57,148 nt of DNA, taken from the NCBI RefSeq assembly GCF_003334255.1, contig NZ_QOWU01000032.1. One strand, given 5' to 3'. The translations under genes were made by a program, and so were the position numbers. The notes beneath the pieces were generated by a model. It was not told the DNA's origin, ran no database searches, and saw only the letters and a list, made by a program, of their open reading frames with translations. This document shows positions 33,760 to 45,672 of the stretch, in pieces. Every line of letters begins with the position of its first letter. Position 1 is the stretch's first letter. This DNA comes from Escherichia coli (GTDB lineage: Bacteria > Pseudomonadota > Gammaproteobacteria > Enterobacterales > Enterobacteriaceae).

Positions 33760-34986
33760 ATGGGAATTAACGAAATCATCATGTACATCATGATGTTCTT
33801 TATGCTGATAGCTGCCGTAGACAGGATCCTGTCGCAGTTCGGCGGTTCTGCTCGTTTCCTCGGTAAGTTCGGTAAAAGTATCGAAGGATCAGGCGGTCAG
33901 TTCGAAGAAGGCTTTATGGCAATGGGCGCACTGGGCCTGGCGATGGTCGGTATGACCGCGCTGGCACCGGTACTGGCTCACGTTCTCGGGCCGGTAATTA
34001 TTCCGGTTTACGAAATGCTCGGCGCTAACCCATCGATGTTCGCCGGAACACTGCTGGCGTGCGATATGGGCGGCTTCTTCCTCGCCAAAGAGCTGGCGGG
34101 CGGCGACGTAGCCGCGTGGCTATACTCTGGGTTAATTCTCGGGTCGATGATGGGGCCAACGATTGTGTTTTCCATTCCGGTGGCGCTCGGCATTATCGAA
34201 CCTTCTGACCGTCGTTATCTGGCGCTCGGCGTGCTGGCGGGCATTGTGACCATTCCGATTGGTTGTATCGCTGGTGGTCTGGTTGCTATGTACTCCGGTG
34301 TGCAGATCAACGGCCAGCCGGTGGAATTCACTTTCGCCCTGATCCTGATGAACATGATCCCGGTGATCATTGTTGCGATTCTGGTGGCGCTGGGGCTGAA
34401 ATTCATCCCGGAAAAAATGATCAACGGCTTCCAGATCTTCGCCAAATTCCTCGTTGCATTGATCACCCTCGGTCTTGCCGCTGCGGTAGTGAAATTCCTG
34501 CTTGGCTGGGAACTGATCCCCGGTCTGGATCCTATCTTTATGGCCCCTGGCGATAAACCCGGTGAGGTGATGCGCGCCATTGAAGTTATCGGTTCTATCT
34601 CCTGCGTTCTGTTAGGGGCGTATCCGATGGTGCTGCTGCTGACTCGCTGGTTTGAAAAACCGCTGATGAGCGTCGGTAAAGTACTGAATATGAACAACAT
34701 CGCGGCAGCCGGCATGGTGGCAACGCTTGCCAACAACATCCCGATGTTCGGCATGATGAAGCAGATGGATACCCGCGGCAAAGTCATCAACTGCGCCTTC
34801 GCCGTTTCCGCTGCTTTCGCCCTGGGCGACCACTTAGGCTTCGCCGCTGCCAACATGAACGCCATGATCTTCCCGATGATTGTCGGCAAGTTGATCGGCG
34901 GCGTAACGGCGATTGGCGTGGCGATGATGCTGGTGCCAAAAGAAGACGCGACCGCGACTAAAACCGAAGCGGAGGCACAATCGTGA
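33760..34986 (+). CDS. eutH: Ethanolamine permease EutH
   Basis: 408-aa highly hydrophobic multi-pass membrane protein (MGINEIIMYIMMFFMLIAAVDRILSQFGG...); matches EutH. Confidence 0.92.
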   Translation: MGINEIIMYIMMFFMLIAAVDRILSQFGGSARFLGKFGKSIEGSGGQFEEGFMAMGALGLAMVGMTALAPVLAHVLGPVIIPVYEMLGANPSMFAGTLLACDMGGFFLAKELAGGDVAAWLYSGLILGSMMGPTIVFSIPVALGIIEPSDRRYLALGVLAGIVTIPIGCIAGGLVAMYSGVQINGQPVEFTFALILMNMIPVIIVAILVALGLKFIPEKMINGFQIFAKFLVALITLGLAAAVVKFLLGWELIPGLDPIFMAPGDKPGEVMRAIEVIGSISCVLLGAYPMVLLLTRWFEKPLMSVGKVLNMNNIAAAGMVATLANNIPMFGMMKQMDTRGKVINCAFAVSAAFALGDHLGFAAANMNAMIFPMIVGKLIGGVTAIGVAMMLVPKEDATATKTEAEAQS

Positions 34987-36386
34987 ACACTCGCCAGCTA
35001 TTGAGCGTCGGTATCGATATCGGCACCACCACCACCCAGGTGATTTTCTCCCGGCTGGAGCTGGTTAACCGTGCGGCGGTGTCGCAGGTGCCGCGCTACG
35101 AATTCATTAAACGCGAAATTAGCTGGCAAAGTCCGGTGTTCTTTACCCCTGTCGATAAACAGGGCGGTTTAAAAGAAGCGGAACTGAAAACCTTAATACT
35201 CGAGCAATATCATGCTGCGGGTATTGAGCCGGAAAGCGTTGATTCTGGTGCCATCATCATCACCGGTGAAAGCGCGAAAACCCGCAATGCTCGCCCGGCG
35301 GTGATGGCGCTCTCTCAGTCGCTGGGCGATTTTGTCGTTGCCAGCGCCGGGCCGCACCTCGAATCCGTGATCGCCGGTCACGGAGCCGGGGCACAAACCC
35401 TTTCTGAACAACGGCTGTGTCGGGTACTGAATATCGACATCGGCGGTGGCACCGCGAACTACGCCCTGTTCGATGCCGGAAAAATCAGCGGCACTGCCTG
35501 CCTCAACGTCGGTGGTCGCCTGCTGGAAACCGACAGCCACGGGCGCGTGGTTTACGCTCATAAACCGGGGCAGATGATTGTGGATGAGTGCTTCGGTGCA
35601 GGCACCGACGCCCGTTCGCTGACCGGCGCGCAGCTGGTGCAGGTGACCCGGCGGATGGCAGAACTGATTGTCGAAGTGATTGACGGAACGCTCTCACCGC
35701 TCGCGCAGGCATTGATGCAAACCGGTTTGCTGCCCGCAGGTGTTACGCCCGAAATCATTACGCTTTCTGGCGGCGTGGGCGAATGTTATCGCCACCAGCC
35801 CGCCTACCCGTTCTGTTTTGCCGATATTGGCCCGCTGCTGGCAACTGCGCTGCATGATCATCCGCGCCTGCGTGAGATGAACGTACAGTTTCCGGCGCAA
35901 ACCGTGCGCGCCACGGTGATTGGCGCGGGCGCGCATACCCTTTCGCTCTCTGGCAGCACAATCTGGCTTGAGGGCGTACAACTGCCGCTGCGCAATTTGC
36001 CGGTGGCGATCCCGATTGATGAAACGGATCTGGTGGGGGCCTGGCAACAGGCGCTGATTCAGCTGGATCTTGATCCCAAAACTGACGCGTACGTGCTGGC
36101 GCTTCCCGCCTCGCTGCCTGTGCGTTACGCCGCGGTACTGACGGTCATCAACGCGTTGGTCGATTTCGTCGCGCGTTTTCCGAATCCGCATCCCCTGCTG
36201 GTGGTGGCCGGGCAGGACTTTGGTAAAGCTCTGGGCATGTTGTTGCGCCCACAGCTACAACAACTCCCGTTGGCAGTCATTGACGAAGTGATTGTCCGCG
36301 CGGGGGACTATATCGACATTGGTACGCCTCTTTTTGGCGGATCGGTTGTGCCGGTGACGGTGAAATCACTCGCATTTCCTTCCTGA
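34983..36386 (+). CDS. eutA: Ethanolamine ammonia-lyase reactivase EutA
   Basis: 467-aa translation MNTRQLLSVGIDIGTTTTQVIFSRLELVNRAAVSQVPRYEF...; 4-nt overlap with eutH. eutB follows directly, with no intervening prophage. Confidence 0.92.
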   Translation: MNTRQLLSVGIDIGTTTTQVIFSRLELVNRAAVSQVPRYEFIKREISWQSPVFFTPVDKQGGLKEAELKTLILEQYHAAGIEPESVDSGAIIITGESAKTRNARPAVMALSQSLGDFVVASAGPHLESVIAGHGAGAQTLSEQRLCRVLNIDIGGGTANYALFDAGKISGTACLNVGGRLLETDSHGRVVYAHKPGQMIVDECFGAGTDARSLTGAQLVQVTRRMAELIVEVIDGTLSPLAQALMQTGLLPAGVTPEIITLSGGVGECYRHQPAYPFCFADIGPLLATALHDHPRLREMNVQFPAQTVRATVIGAGAHTLSLSGSTIWLEGVQLPLRNLPVAIPIDETDLVGAWQQALIQLDLDPKTDAYVLALPASLPVRYAAVLTVINALVDFVARFPNPHPLLVVAGQDFGKALGMLLRPQLQQLPLAVIDEVIVRAGDYIDIGTPLFGGSVVPVTVKSLAFPS

Positions 36387-36397
36387 GGGAACGACTT

Positions 36398-37759
36398 ATG
36401 AAACTAAAGACCACATTGTTCGGCAATGTATATCAGTTTAAGGATGTAAAAGAGGTGCTGGCTAAAGCCAACGAACTGCGTTCGGGGGATGTGCTGGCGG
36501 GCGTCGCAGCGGCAAGCTCACAGGAGCGCGTGGCGGCAAAGCAGGTGTTGTCGGAAATGACCGTAGCGGACATCCGCAATAATCCGGTGATTGCCTATGA
36601 AGATGACTGCGTGACGCGGCTGATTCAGGACGATGTTAACGAAACGGCCTACAACCAGATTAAAAACTGGAGCATCAGCGAACTGCGTGAGTATGTGCTG
36701 AGCGATGAAACCAGCGTGGACGACATTGCCTTTACCCGCAAAGGGCTGACCTCGGAAGTGGTCGCGGCGGTAGCGAAGATTTGCTCCAACGCGGACCTGA
36801 TCTACGGCGCGAAGAAAATGCCGGTAATCAAAAAGGCCAATACCACCATCGGTATTCCGGGCACCTTTAGCGCCCGTTTGCAGCCAAATGACACCCGTGA
36901 CGACGTGCAAAGTATCGCCGCGCAAATCTACGAAGGGCTTTCCTTCGGGGTGGGCGATGCGGTGATCGGCGTTAACCCGGTGACTGACGACGTGGAAAAC
37001 TTAAGCCGCGTGTTGGATACCATCTATGGCGTGATCGACAAATTCAACATCCCAACTCAGGGCTGTGTACTGGCGCACGTCACCACCCAGATCGAAGCGA
37101 TCCGTCGTGGCGCACCGGGCGGGCTGATTTTCCAGAGTATCTGTGGCAGCGAAAAAGGGCTGAAAGAGTTTGGCGTGGAGCTGGCGATGCTCGACGAAGC
37201 GCGCGCAGTGGGCGCGGAGTTCAACCGTATCGCCGGGGAAAACTGCCTCTACTTCGAAACCGGACAAGGCTCTGCGCTATCCGCTGGCGCTAACTTCGGC
37301 GCAGACCAGGTAACGATGGAAGCACGTAACTACGGGCTGGCGCGTCATTACGATCCGTTTATCGTCAACACCGTGGTCGGCTTTATTGGGCCGGAGTATC
37401 TCTACAACGACCGCCAGATTATCCGTGCTGGCTTAGAAGATCACTTTATGGGCAAGCTGAGCGGCATCTCTATGGGCTGTGACTGCTGTTATACCAACCA
37501 CGCTGACGCTGACCAGAACCTCAACGAAAACCTGATGATCCTGCTCGCCACCGCAGGCTGCAACTACATCATGGGGATGCCGCTGGGTGATGACATCATG
37601 CTCAACTACCAGACCACCGCATTCCACGATACCGCCACTGTGCGTCAGTTACTCAACCTGCGCCCGTCACCGGAGTTTGAACGCTGGCTGGAAAGCATGG
37701 GCATTATGGCAAACGGTCGCCTGACCAAACGGGCGGGCGATCCGTCACTGTTCTTCTGA
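36398..37759 (+). CDS. eutB: Ethanolamine ammonia-lyase heavy chain EutB
   Basis: 453-aa translation MKLKTTLFGNVYQFKDVKEVLAKANELRSGDVLAGVAAASSQERVAAKQVL...; matches EutB. Confidence 0.95.
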   Translation: MKLKTTLFGNVYQFKDVKEVLAKANELRSGDVLAGVAAASSQERVAAKQVLSEMTVADIRNNPVIAYEDDCVTRLIQDDVNETAYNQIKNWSISELREYVLSDETSVDDIAFTRKGLTSEVVAAVAKICSNADLIYGAKKMPVIKKANTTIGIPGTFSARLQPNDTRDDVQSIAAQIYEGLSFGVGDAVIGVNPVTDDVENLSRVLDTIYGVIDKFNIPTQGCVLAHVTTQIEAIRRGAPGGLIFQSICGSEKGLKEFGVELAMLDEARAVGAEFNRIAGENCLYFETGQGSALSAGANFGADQVTMEARNYGLARHYDPFIVNTVVGFIGPEYLYNDRQIIRAGLEDHFMGKLSGISMGCDCCYTNHADADQNLNENLMILLATAGCNYIMGMPLGDDIMLNYQTTAFHDTATVRQLLNLRPSPEFERWLESMGIMANGRLTKRAGDPSLFF

Positions 37760-37779
37760 TGACGCGGAGATAACATATC

Positions 37780-38667
37780 ATGGATCAAAAACAGATTGAA
37801 GAAATTGTACGCAGCGTGATGGCGTCAATGGGACAAGCGGCCCCCGCGCCGTCAGAAGCAAAGTGCGCCACCACCAACTGTGCGGCACCGGTGACCTCGG
37901 AAAGCTGTGCGCTGGATTTAGGTTCCGCTGAAGCAAAAGCGTGGATTGGTGTTGAAAATCCGCATCGCGCAGACGTATTAACAGAACTGCGCCGCAGCAC
38001 CGTGGCCCGCGTTTGTACCGGTCGTGCCGGTCCGCGTCCACGTACGCAGGCGCTGCTGCGTTTCCTGGCCGATCACTCTCGTTCGAAAGATACCGTACTG
38101 AAAGAAGTGCCGGAAGAGTGGGTGAAAGCGCAGGGCTTGCTGGAAGTACGCTCTGAAATTAGCGACAAAAATCTCTACCTGACTCGCCCGGATATGGGCC
38201 GCCGCCTGTGTGCAGAAGCTGTTGAAGCGCTGAAAGCGCAGTGTGTTGCCAATCCGGACGTACAGGTCGTTATTTCTGATGGCCTGTCAACTGATGCGAT
38301 CACCGTGAACTACGAAGAGATCCTGCCACCGCTGATGGCGGGCCTGAAACAGGCCGGGCTGAAAGTCGGTACACCATTCTTTGTTCGTTATGGTCGCGTG
38401 AAGATTGAAGATCAGATCGGTGAGATCCTCGGCGCGAAAGTAGTGATCCTGCTGGTGGGCGAACGTCCGGGGTTGGGTCAGTCAGAAAGCCTCTCCTGCT
38501 ACGCCGTTTACTCGCCGCGTATGGCGACCACCGTTGAGGCCGATCGCACCTGTATCTCTAACATTCACCAGGGCGGCACGCCGCCGGTTGAAGCCGCAGC
38601 CGTCATTGTGGATTTGGCGAAACGTATGCTGGAGCAGAAAGCATCCGGCATCAACATGACCCGATAA
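37780..38667 (+). CDS. eutC: Ethanolamine ammonia-lyase light chain EutC
   Basis: 295-aa translation [29 protein letters not shown]... with an N-terminal encapsulation-peptide-like helix; matches EutC. Confidence 0.95.
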
Positions 38668-38676
38668 GGAGGCATC

Positions 38677-39336
38677 ATGCCAGCTTTAGATTTGATTCGA
38701 CCGTCTGTCACCGCTATGCGGGTGATTGCCTCCGTTAACGCCGATTTTGCGCGTGAACTGAAATTGCCGCCGCATATTCGTAGCCTCGGTCTGATTTCTG
38801 CCGACTCCGATGACGTCACCTACATTGCCGCTGATGAAGCGACCAAGCAGGCGATGGTGGAAGTGGTGTATGGCCGCTCGCTATATGCGGGCGCTGCACA
38901 CGGCCCGTCACCGACTGCCGGTGAAGTGCTGATTATGCTTGGTGGGCCAAACCCGGCGGAAGTGCGTGCAGGTCTGGATGCGATGATTGCGCATATTGAA
39001 AATGGCGCAGCTTTCCAGTGGGCTAATGACGCGCAAGATACGGCATTCCTGGCACATGTAGTTTCGCGTACCGGTTCTTATCTCTCATCAACCGCCGGGA
39101 TCACGCTTGGCGATCCGATGGCGTATCTGGTGGCACCGCCGCTGGAAGCGACCTATGGCATTGATGCAGCCCTGAAGTCTGCCGACGTACAGCTGGCGAC
39201 CTATGTCCCGCCACCGTCTGAAACCAACTACTCGGCAGCATTTTTAACCGGTAGCCAGGCAGCGTGTAAAGCAGCCTGTAACGCCTTTACCGATGCAGTG
39301 CTGGAAATCGCGCGTAATCCAATCCAGCGTGCGTAA
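38677..39336 (+). CDS. eutL: Microcompartment shell protein EutL (tandem BMC domains)
   Basis: 219-aa translation [55 protein letters not shown]...; matches EutL. Confidence 0.92.
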   Translation: MPALDLIRPSVTAMRVIASVNADFARELKLPPHIRSLGLISADSDDVTYIAADEATKQAMVEVVYGRSLYAGAAHGPSPTAGEVLIMLGGPNPAEVRAGLDAMIAHIENGAAFQWANDAQDTAFLAHVVSRTGSYLSSTAGITLGDPMAYLVAPPLEATYGIDAALKSADVQLATYVPPPSETNYSAAFLTGSQAACKAACNAFTDAVLEIARNPIQRA

Positions 39337-39348
39337 CGGAGGTTGCCG

Positions 39349-39849
39349 ATGATCAATGCACTGGGATTGCTGGAAGTGGACGGCATGGTCGCCGCGATAG
39401 ATGCAGCGGATGCCATGCTCAAAGCAGCTAACGTTCGTCTGCTCAGTCACGAAGTGCTTGACCCTGGTCGCTTAACGCTGGTGGTGGAAGGCGATCTGGC
39501 GGCGTGTCGTGCGGCGCTGGACGCAGGTTGTGCTGCCGCGATGCGTACCGGGCGTGTCATCAGCCGCAAGGAGATCGGTCGGCCAGACGATGACACCCAG
39601 TGGCTGGTTACTGGCTTTAACCGCCAGCCGAAGCAACCCGTAAGGGAACCCGACGCGCCAGTTATCGTCGCGGAATCTGCTGACGAGTTGTTGGCGCTGT
39701 TAACATCAGTACGTCAGGGAATGACGGCAGGAGAAGTGGCTGCCCACTTTGGCTGGCCGCTGGAAAAAGCCAGAAATGCGCTCGAACAGCTCTTTTCTGC
39801 CGGGACGTTACGTAAACGCAGTAGTCGTTATCGTCTCAAGCCCCATTAA
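39349..39849 (+). CDS. eutK: Microcompartment shell protein EutK (BMC domain with C-terminal nucleic-acid-binding-like extension)
   Basis: 166-aa translation MINALGLLEVDGMVAAIDAADAMLKAANVRLLSHEVLDPGRLTLVVEGDLAACRAA...; ORF-track start at 39343 is 2 codons earlier. Confidence 0.9.
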   Translation: MINALGLLEVDGMVAAIDAADAMLKAANVRLLSHEVLDPGRLTLVVEGDLAACRAALDAGCAAAMRTGRVISRKEIGRPDDDTQWLVTGFNRQPKQPVREPDAPVIVAESADELLALLTSVRQGMTAGEVAAHFGWPLEKARNALEQLFSAGTLRKRSSRYRLKPH

Positions 39850-39894
39850 CCTGTCGGAGGTGCCGGGTGTCCTACAACACCCGGCATTAACATC

Positions 39895-40947
39895 ATGAAA
39901 AAGACCCGTACAGCCAATTTGCACCATCTTTATCATGAACCCTTACCCGAAAACCTGAAGCTCACGCCGAAGGTCGAAGTGGATAATGTTCATCAACGAC
40001 AGACAACGGATGTCTATGAACATGCTTTAACGATTACCGCCTGGCAGCAGATTTACGATCAGCTGCATCCGGGCAAGTTTCATGGTGAATTTACGGAAAT
40101 TCTACTCGATGATATTCAGGTTTTTCGTGAATACACCGGTCTGGCGCTGCGTCAGTCGTGCCTGGTCTGGCCGAACTCGTTCTGGTTTGGCATTCCGGCG
40201 ACGCGCGGTGAGCAGGGATTTATCGGTTCGCAATGTCTGGGAAGCGCGGAAATCGCCACCCGCCCTGGTGGCACTGAATTTGAACTGAGCACGCCGGATG
40301 ATTACACGATCCTGGGCGTGGTGCTTTCTGAAGATGTCATCACCCGGCAGGCTAACTTTTTGCATAACCCGGATCGGGTATTACATATGTTGCGTAACCA
40401 GTCGGCGCTGGAAGTGAAAGAGCAGCATAAAGCCGCGCTGTGGGGCTTTGTCCAACAGGCGCTGGCGACGTTTTGCGAGAATCCGGAAAATCTCCATCAG
40501 CCTGCAGTGCGAAAAGTGCTGGGGGATAATTTGCTAATGGCGATGGGGGCCATGCTGGAAGAAGCGCAACCAATGGTGACGGCGGAAAGCATCAGTCATC
40601 AGAGTTACCGTCGATTGCTTTCCCGCGCCCGTGAATATGTGCTGGAAAACATGTCCGAACCGGTGACGGTGCTGGATTTGTGTAATCAACTGCATGTCAG
40701 CCGCCGCACGCTACAAAACGCGTTTCACGCTATTTTAGGCATTGGCCCGAACGCGTGGCTGAAACGCATTCGCCTGAACGCCGTACGCCGCGAACTGATA
40801 AGTCCGTGGTCGCAAAGTATGACGGTAAAAGACGCCGCCATGCAGTGGGGATTCTGGCATCTGGGGCAATTTGCCACGGATTACCAGCAGCTGTTTTCCG
40901 AGAAGCCGTCACTGACGCTGCATCAGCGGATGCGGGAGTGGGGGTGA
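39895..40947 (+). CDS. eutR: AraC-family transcriptional activator of the eut operon, EutR
   Basis: 350-aa translation with a C-terminal AraC-type HTH (...[40 protein letters not shown]...); last gene of the operon. Confidence 0.92.
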
Positions 40948-40952
40948 GGGAG

Positions 40953-41855
<903 letters not shown>

Positions 41856-42725
41856 TTATCGCTTTTTCGAATGTGCTTTCTGGTTGTCGAACCAGTGGAA
41901 ATAACTGATCACGCCTTCAGCAATCGCTGTGGCGATTTTCTGACGAAACGCCGCCGTGCCTAACAGCCGTTCTTCTTCCGGGTTGGTGATAAACGAGGTT
42001 TCCACCAGCACCGAAGGAACCGACGGTGATTTCAACACCACAAATGCCGCTTGTTCGGTGTTGCGGCTGTGCAGTTTATGCACCGGCTTAATCTTCTTCA
42101 GAATATGCGAGCCGAGCGTCAGACTATTTTTAATGGTATCTGTTTGCACCAGATCAAACAGCACTTGTTGCAATAGGTGATCCTTGTCAGTCGCCTTTTT
42201 ACCGGCAACTTCATCGGCGCGGTTTTCGCGTTCAGACAGGTATTTCGCCATTGCGCTACTTGCCCCACGGTTAGAGAGGGCAAATACCGAAGCACCGGCA
42301 GCTTTCGGGTTGGTAAAGCCATCGGCATGAATTGACATAAACAGATCTGCGCCATGTTTATGGGCGATTTCAACGCGATCGTAAAGTGGGATAAACGTAT
42401 CGCCAGAACGCGTTAAACGCGCATCAATCCCATGATTACGCAAAATGGAACGGACGTTTTTAGCAATCGCCAGCACCACATGTTTTTCTTTCGAACCGTT
42501 GCGTCCGATCGCTCCGGTATCAATTCCGCCGTGACCTGGATCGAGAACAACGACACGTTTGCCGCCAGATTTTTTGGCTTTCGGCTTGCTGTGTCCGTTG
42601 CTGGTTTTTAAAAGTTCGTCTTTGGCGATGGCTTGCGACATTCCTGACAACGTCAGGGCAGCCAAACCGGCTTTCAGCACCTGGCGGCGCGAAGTGAGTG
42701 TTTTTAGTGGTTTAAAAGTGCTCAT
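41856..42725 (-). CDS. amiA: N-acetylmuramoyl-L-alanine amidase AmiA
   Basis: 289-aa translation MSTFKPLKTLTSRRQVLKAGLAALTLSGMSQAIA... with a Tat-type signal (SRRQVLK) and an Amidase_3 domain; 3 bp upstream of hemF, consistent with an amiA-hemF operon. Confidence 0.95.
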   Translation of the reverse strand: MSTFKPLKTLTSRRQVLKAGLAALTLSGMSQAIAKDELLKTSNGHSKPKAKKSGGKRVVVLDPGHGGIDTGAIGRNGSKEKHVVLAIAKNVRSILRNHGIDARLTRSGDTFIPLYDRVEIAHKHGADLFMSIHADGFTNPKAAGASVFALSNRGASSAMAKYLSERENRADEVAGKKATDKDHLLQQVLFDLVQTDTIKNSLTLGSHILKKIKPVHKLHSRNTEQAAFVVLKSPSVPSVLVETSFITNPEEERLLGTAAFRQKIATAIAEGVISYFHWFDNQKAHSKKR

Positions 42726-42938
42726 ACGGCCTGAGTTGTAATAATAAAGTTCCAGATGTTATATCGTATCGCGTAATCCGTTACGACGGTTTGCTGTTGA
42801 GAATTGTTTTACTTTTCATTTCAATAGTTGACAACTCCCCATTATGCCACTTTTTCAACCGATTTTCGTCAGATATTGGCTAATTCGACCGTTCACGCCA
42901 TAATCAGCCTTTTAACCCGCAAAAAGGTAACGAATACC

Positions 42939-43364
42939 ATGGAGATACGCGTATTTCGCCAGGAAGATTTCGAAGAGGTCATCACCCTTTGGGAGCGTTG
43001 CGACTTGCTGCGTCCGTGGAACGATCCGGAAATGGACATCGAGCGTAAGATGAACCATGACGTCAGTTTGTTTTTGGTCGCTGAGGTAAACGGTGACGTG
43101 GTCGGAACGGTGATGGGCGGTTATGACGGGCATCGCGGGTCTGCTTATTATCTTGGCGTGCATCCAGAGTTTCGTGGGCGTGGGATTGCCAATGCGTTGC
43201 TTAATCGGCTGGAGAAAAAGCTGATTGCTCGTGGCTGCCCGAAAATTCAGATCAATGTGCCGGAAGATAACGACATGGTGCTCGGAATGTATGAACGCCT
43301 GGGATATGAACACGCCGACGTGCTGAGTCTGGGTAAGCGTTTGATTGAAGATGAAGAGTACTGA
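42939..43364 (+). CDS. ypeA: GNAT-family acetyltransferase YpeA
   Basis: 141-aa translation [37 protein letters not shown]... with the GNAT motif ([10 protein letters not shown]); ORF-track start at 42828 is an extension. Confidence 0.8.
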   Translation: MEIRVFRQEDFEEVITLWERCDLLRPWNDPEMDIERKMNHDVSLFLVAEVNGDVVGTVMGGYDGHRGSAYYLGVHPEFRGRGIANALLNRLEKKLIARGCPKIQINVPEDNDMVLGMYERLGYEHADVLSLGKRLIEDEEY

Positions 43365-43800
43365 GTTTCATCCTGTCCATTATGATGCGCACGGTCGCCT
43401 GCGTTTACCCTTGCTCTTCTGGCTTGTGCTATTGCTTCAGGCGCGAACCTGGGTGCTGTTTGTCATTGCCGGTGCGTCGCGCGAGCAGGGTACTGCGCTG
43501 CTAAATCTGTTTTATCCCGATCACGATAATTTCTGGCTGGGGCTGATTCCTGGCATTCCGGCGGTGCTGGCGTTTTTGTTGAGCGGTCGGCGGGCTACGT
43601 TTCCTCGCACCTGGCGTGTACTCTATTTTCTGTTGCTGTTGGCGCAGGTGGTTTTACTTTGCTGGCAACCGTGGCTGTGGCTGAACGGTGAATCCGTTAG
43701 CGGTATCGGTCTGGCGCTGGTAGTGGCGGATATTGTGGCGTTAATCTGGCTGCTGACCAATCGACGTTTACGCGCTTGTTTTAATGAAGTAAAAGAATAA
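43351..43800 (+). CDS. yfeZ: Inner membrane protein YfeZ
   Basis: 149-aa hydrophobic translation [41 protein letters not shown]...; overlaps the ypeA 3' end by 14 nt. A start at 43345 is also possible. Confidence 0.75.
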   Translation: MKSTEFHPVHYDAHGRLRLPLLFWLVLLLQARTWVLFVIAGASREQGTALLNLFYPDHDNFWLGLIPGIPAVLAFLLSGRRATFPRTWRVLYFLLLLAQVVLLCWQPWLWLNGESVSGIGLALVVADIVALIWLLTNRRLRACFNEVKE

Positions 43801-43860
43801 CGGCACTTTTTGGTGAATTTGCACTCCAAGCAACGTTATTGAATAACCAAAGGAAGTGAC

Positions 43861-44436
43861 ATGAAATCGCTGCGTTTAATGTTATGCGCTATGCCATTGA
43901 TGCTGACCGGCTGTTCCACGATGTCGTCAGTTAACTGGTCTGCCGCTAACCCGTGGAACTGGTTTGGGTCGTCCACCAAAGTGAGCGAGCAGGGCGTGGG
44001 TGAATTAACGGCGTCCACACCACTGCAAGAACAAGCCATTGCCGATGCGCTTGATGGCGATTATCGCCTGCGCAGCGGAATGAAAACCGCGAACGGCAAC
44101 GTGGTGCGCTTTTTTGAAGTGATGAAGGGCGACAACGTGGCGATGGTGATTAACGGCGATCAAGGCACGATCAGTCGCATTGACGTGCTGGATAGCGATA
44201 TTCCTGCTGACACCGGTGTTAAAATCGGTACACCGTTTAGCGACCTTTACAGCAAAGCATTTGGCAATTGCCAAAAAGCTGATGGTGATGATAATCGTGC
44301 CGTCGAATGTAAAGCCGAAGGCAGTCAACATATTAGCTACCAGTTCAGCGGGGAATGGCGTGGTCCTGAAGGGTTAATGCCTTCGGACGATACCCTGAAA
44401 AACTGGAAAGTCAGTAAAATTATCTGGCGGCGTTAA
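43861..44436 (+). CDS. yfeY: Lipoprotein YfeY
   Basis: 191-aa translation MKSLRLMLCAMPLMLTGCSTMSSVNWSAANPW... with a lipoprotein signal peptide and lipobox (LTGC); matches YfeY. Confidence 0.8.
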   Translation: MKSLRLMLCAMPLMLTGCSTMSSVNWSAANPWNWFGSSTKVSEQGVGELTASTPLQEQAIADALDGDYRLRSGMKTANGNVVRFFEVMKGDNVAMVINGDQGTISRIDVLDSDIPADTGVKIGTPFSDLYSKAFGNCQKADGDDNRAVECKAEGSQHISYQFSGEWRGPEGLMPSDDTLKNWKVSKIIWRR

Positions 44437-44447
44437 TTTGCGTCTGA

Positions 44448-45431
<984 letters not shown>

Positions 45432-45506
45432 GCGTTTCTGATTCATTGATTAAAGGCCAGGCAGTAACATTACTGACTGGCCTCAGATTGTTGACCAAGT
45501 GCGCGT

Positions 45507-45625
45507 TGTACACGCCGGATGCGGCGTGAACGCCTTATCCGGCCTACGAAATCGTGCTAATTCAATATATTGTGGGCTCCACGTAGGCCTGATAAGCGTA
45601 GCGCATCAGGCAGTTTTGCGTTTGT
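45507..45625. repeat. Composite REP element (REP - central A/T-rich core - inverted REP; RIP/BIME-like), copy A
   Basis: GCCGGATGCGGCGTGAACGCCTTATCCGGCCTAC, then AAATCGTGCTAATTCAATATATTG core, then GTAGGCCTGATAAGCGTAGCGCATCAGGC; highly similar to the inverted copy at 56430-56557. Confidence 0.6.
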
Positions 45626-45636
45626 CAGCACTCTCA

Positions 45637-45672
45637 GACCAGCCAGTAACATTACTGACTGGCCTTTTTATT
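45637..45672 (+). terminator. Hairpin plus T-tract (terminator-like) downstream of yfeX, overlapping the yfeW stop
   Basis: GACCAGCCAGTAACATTACTGACTGGCC forms an interrupted ~10-bp stem and is followed by TTTTTATT; a 26/28-identical copy without the T-tract lies at 45455-45482. Confidence 0.45.
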
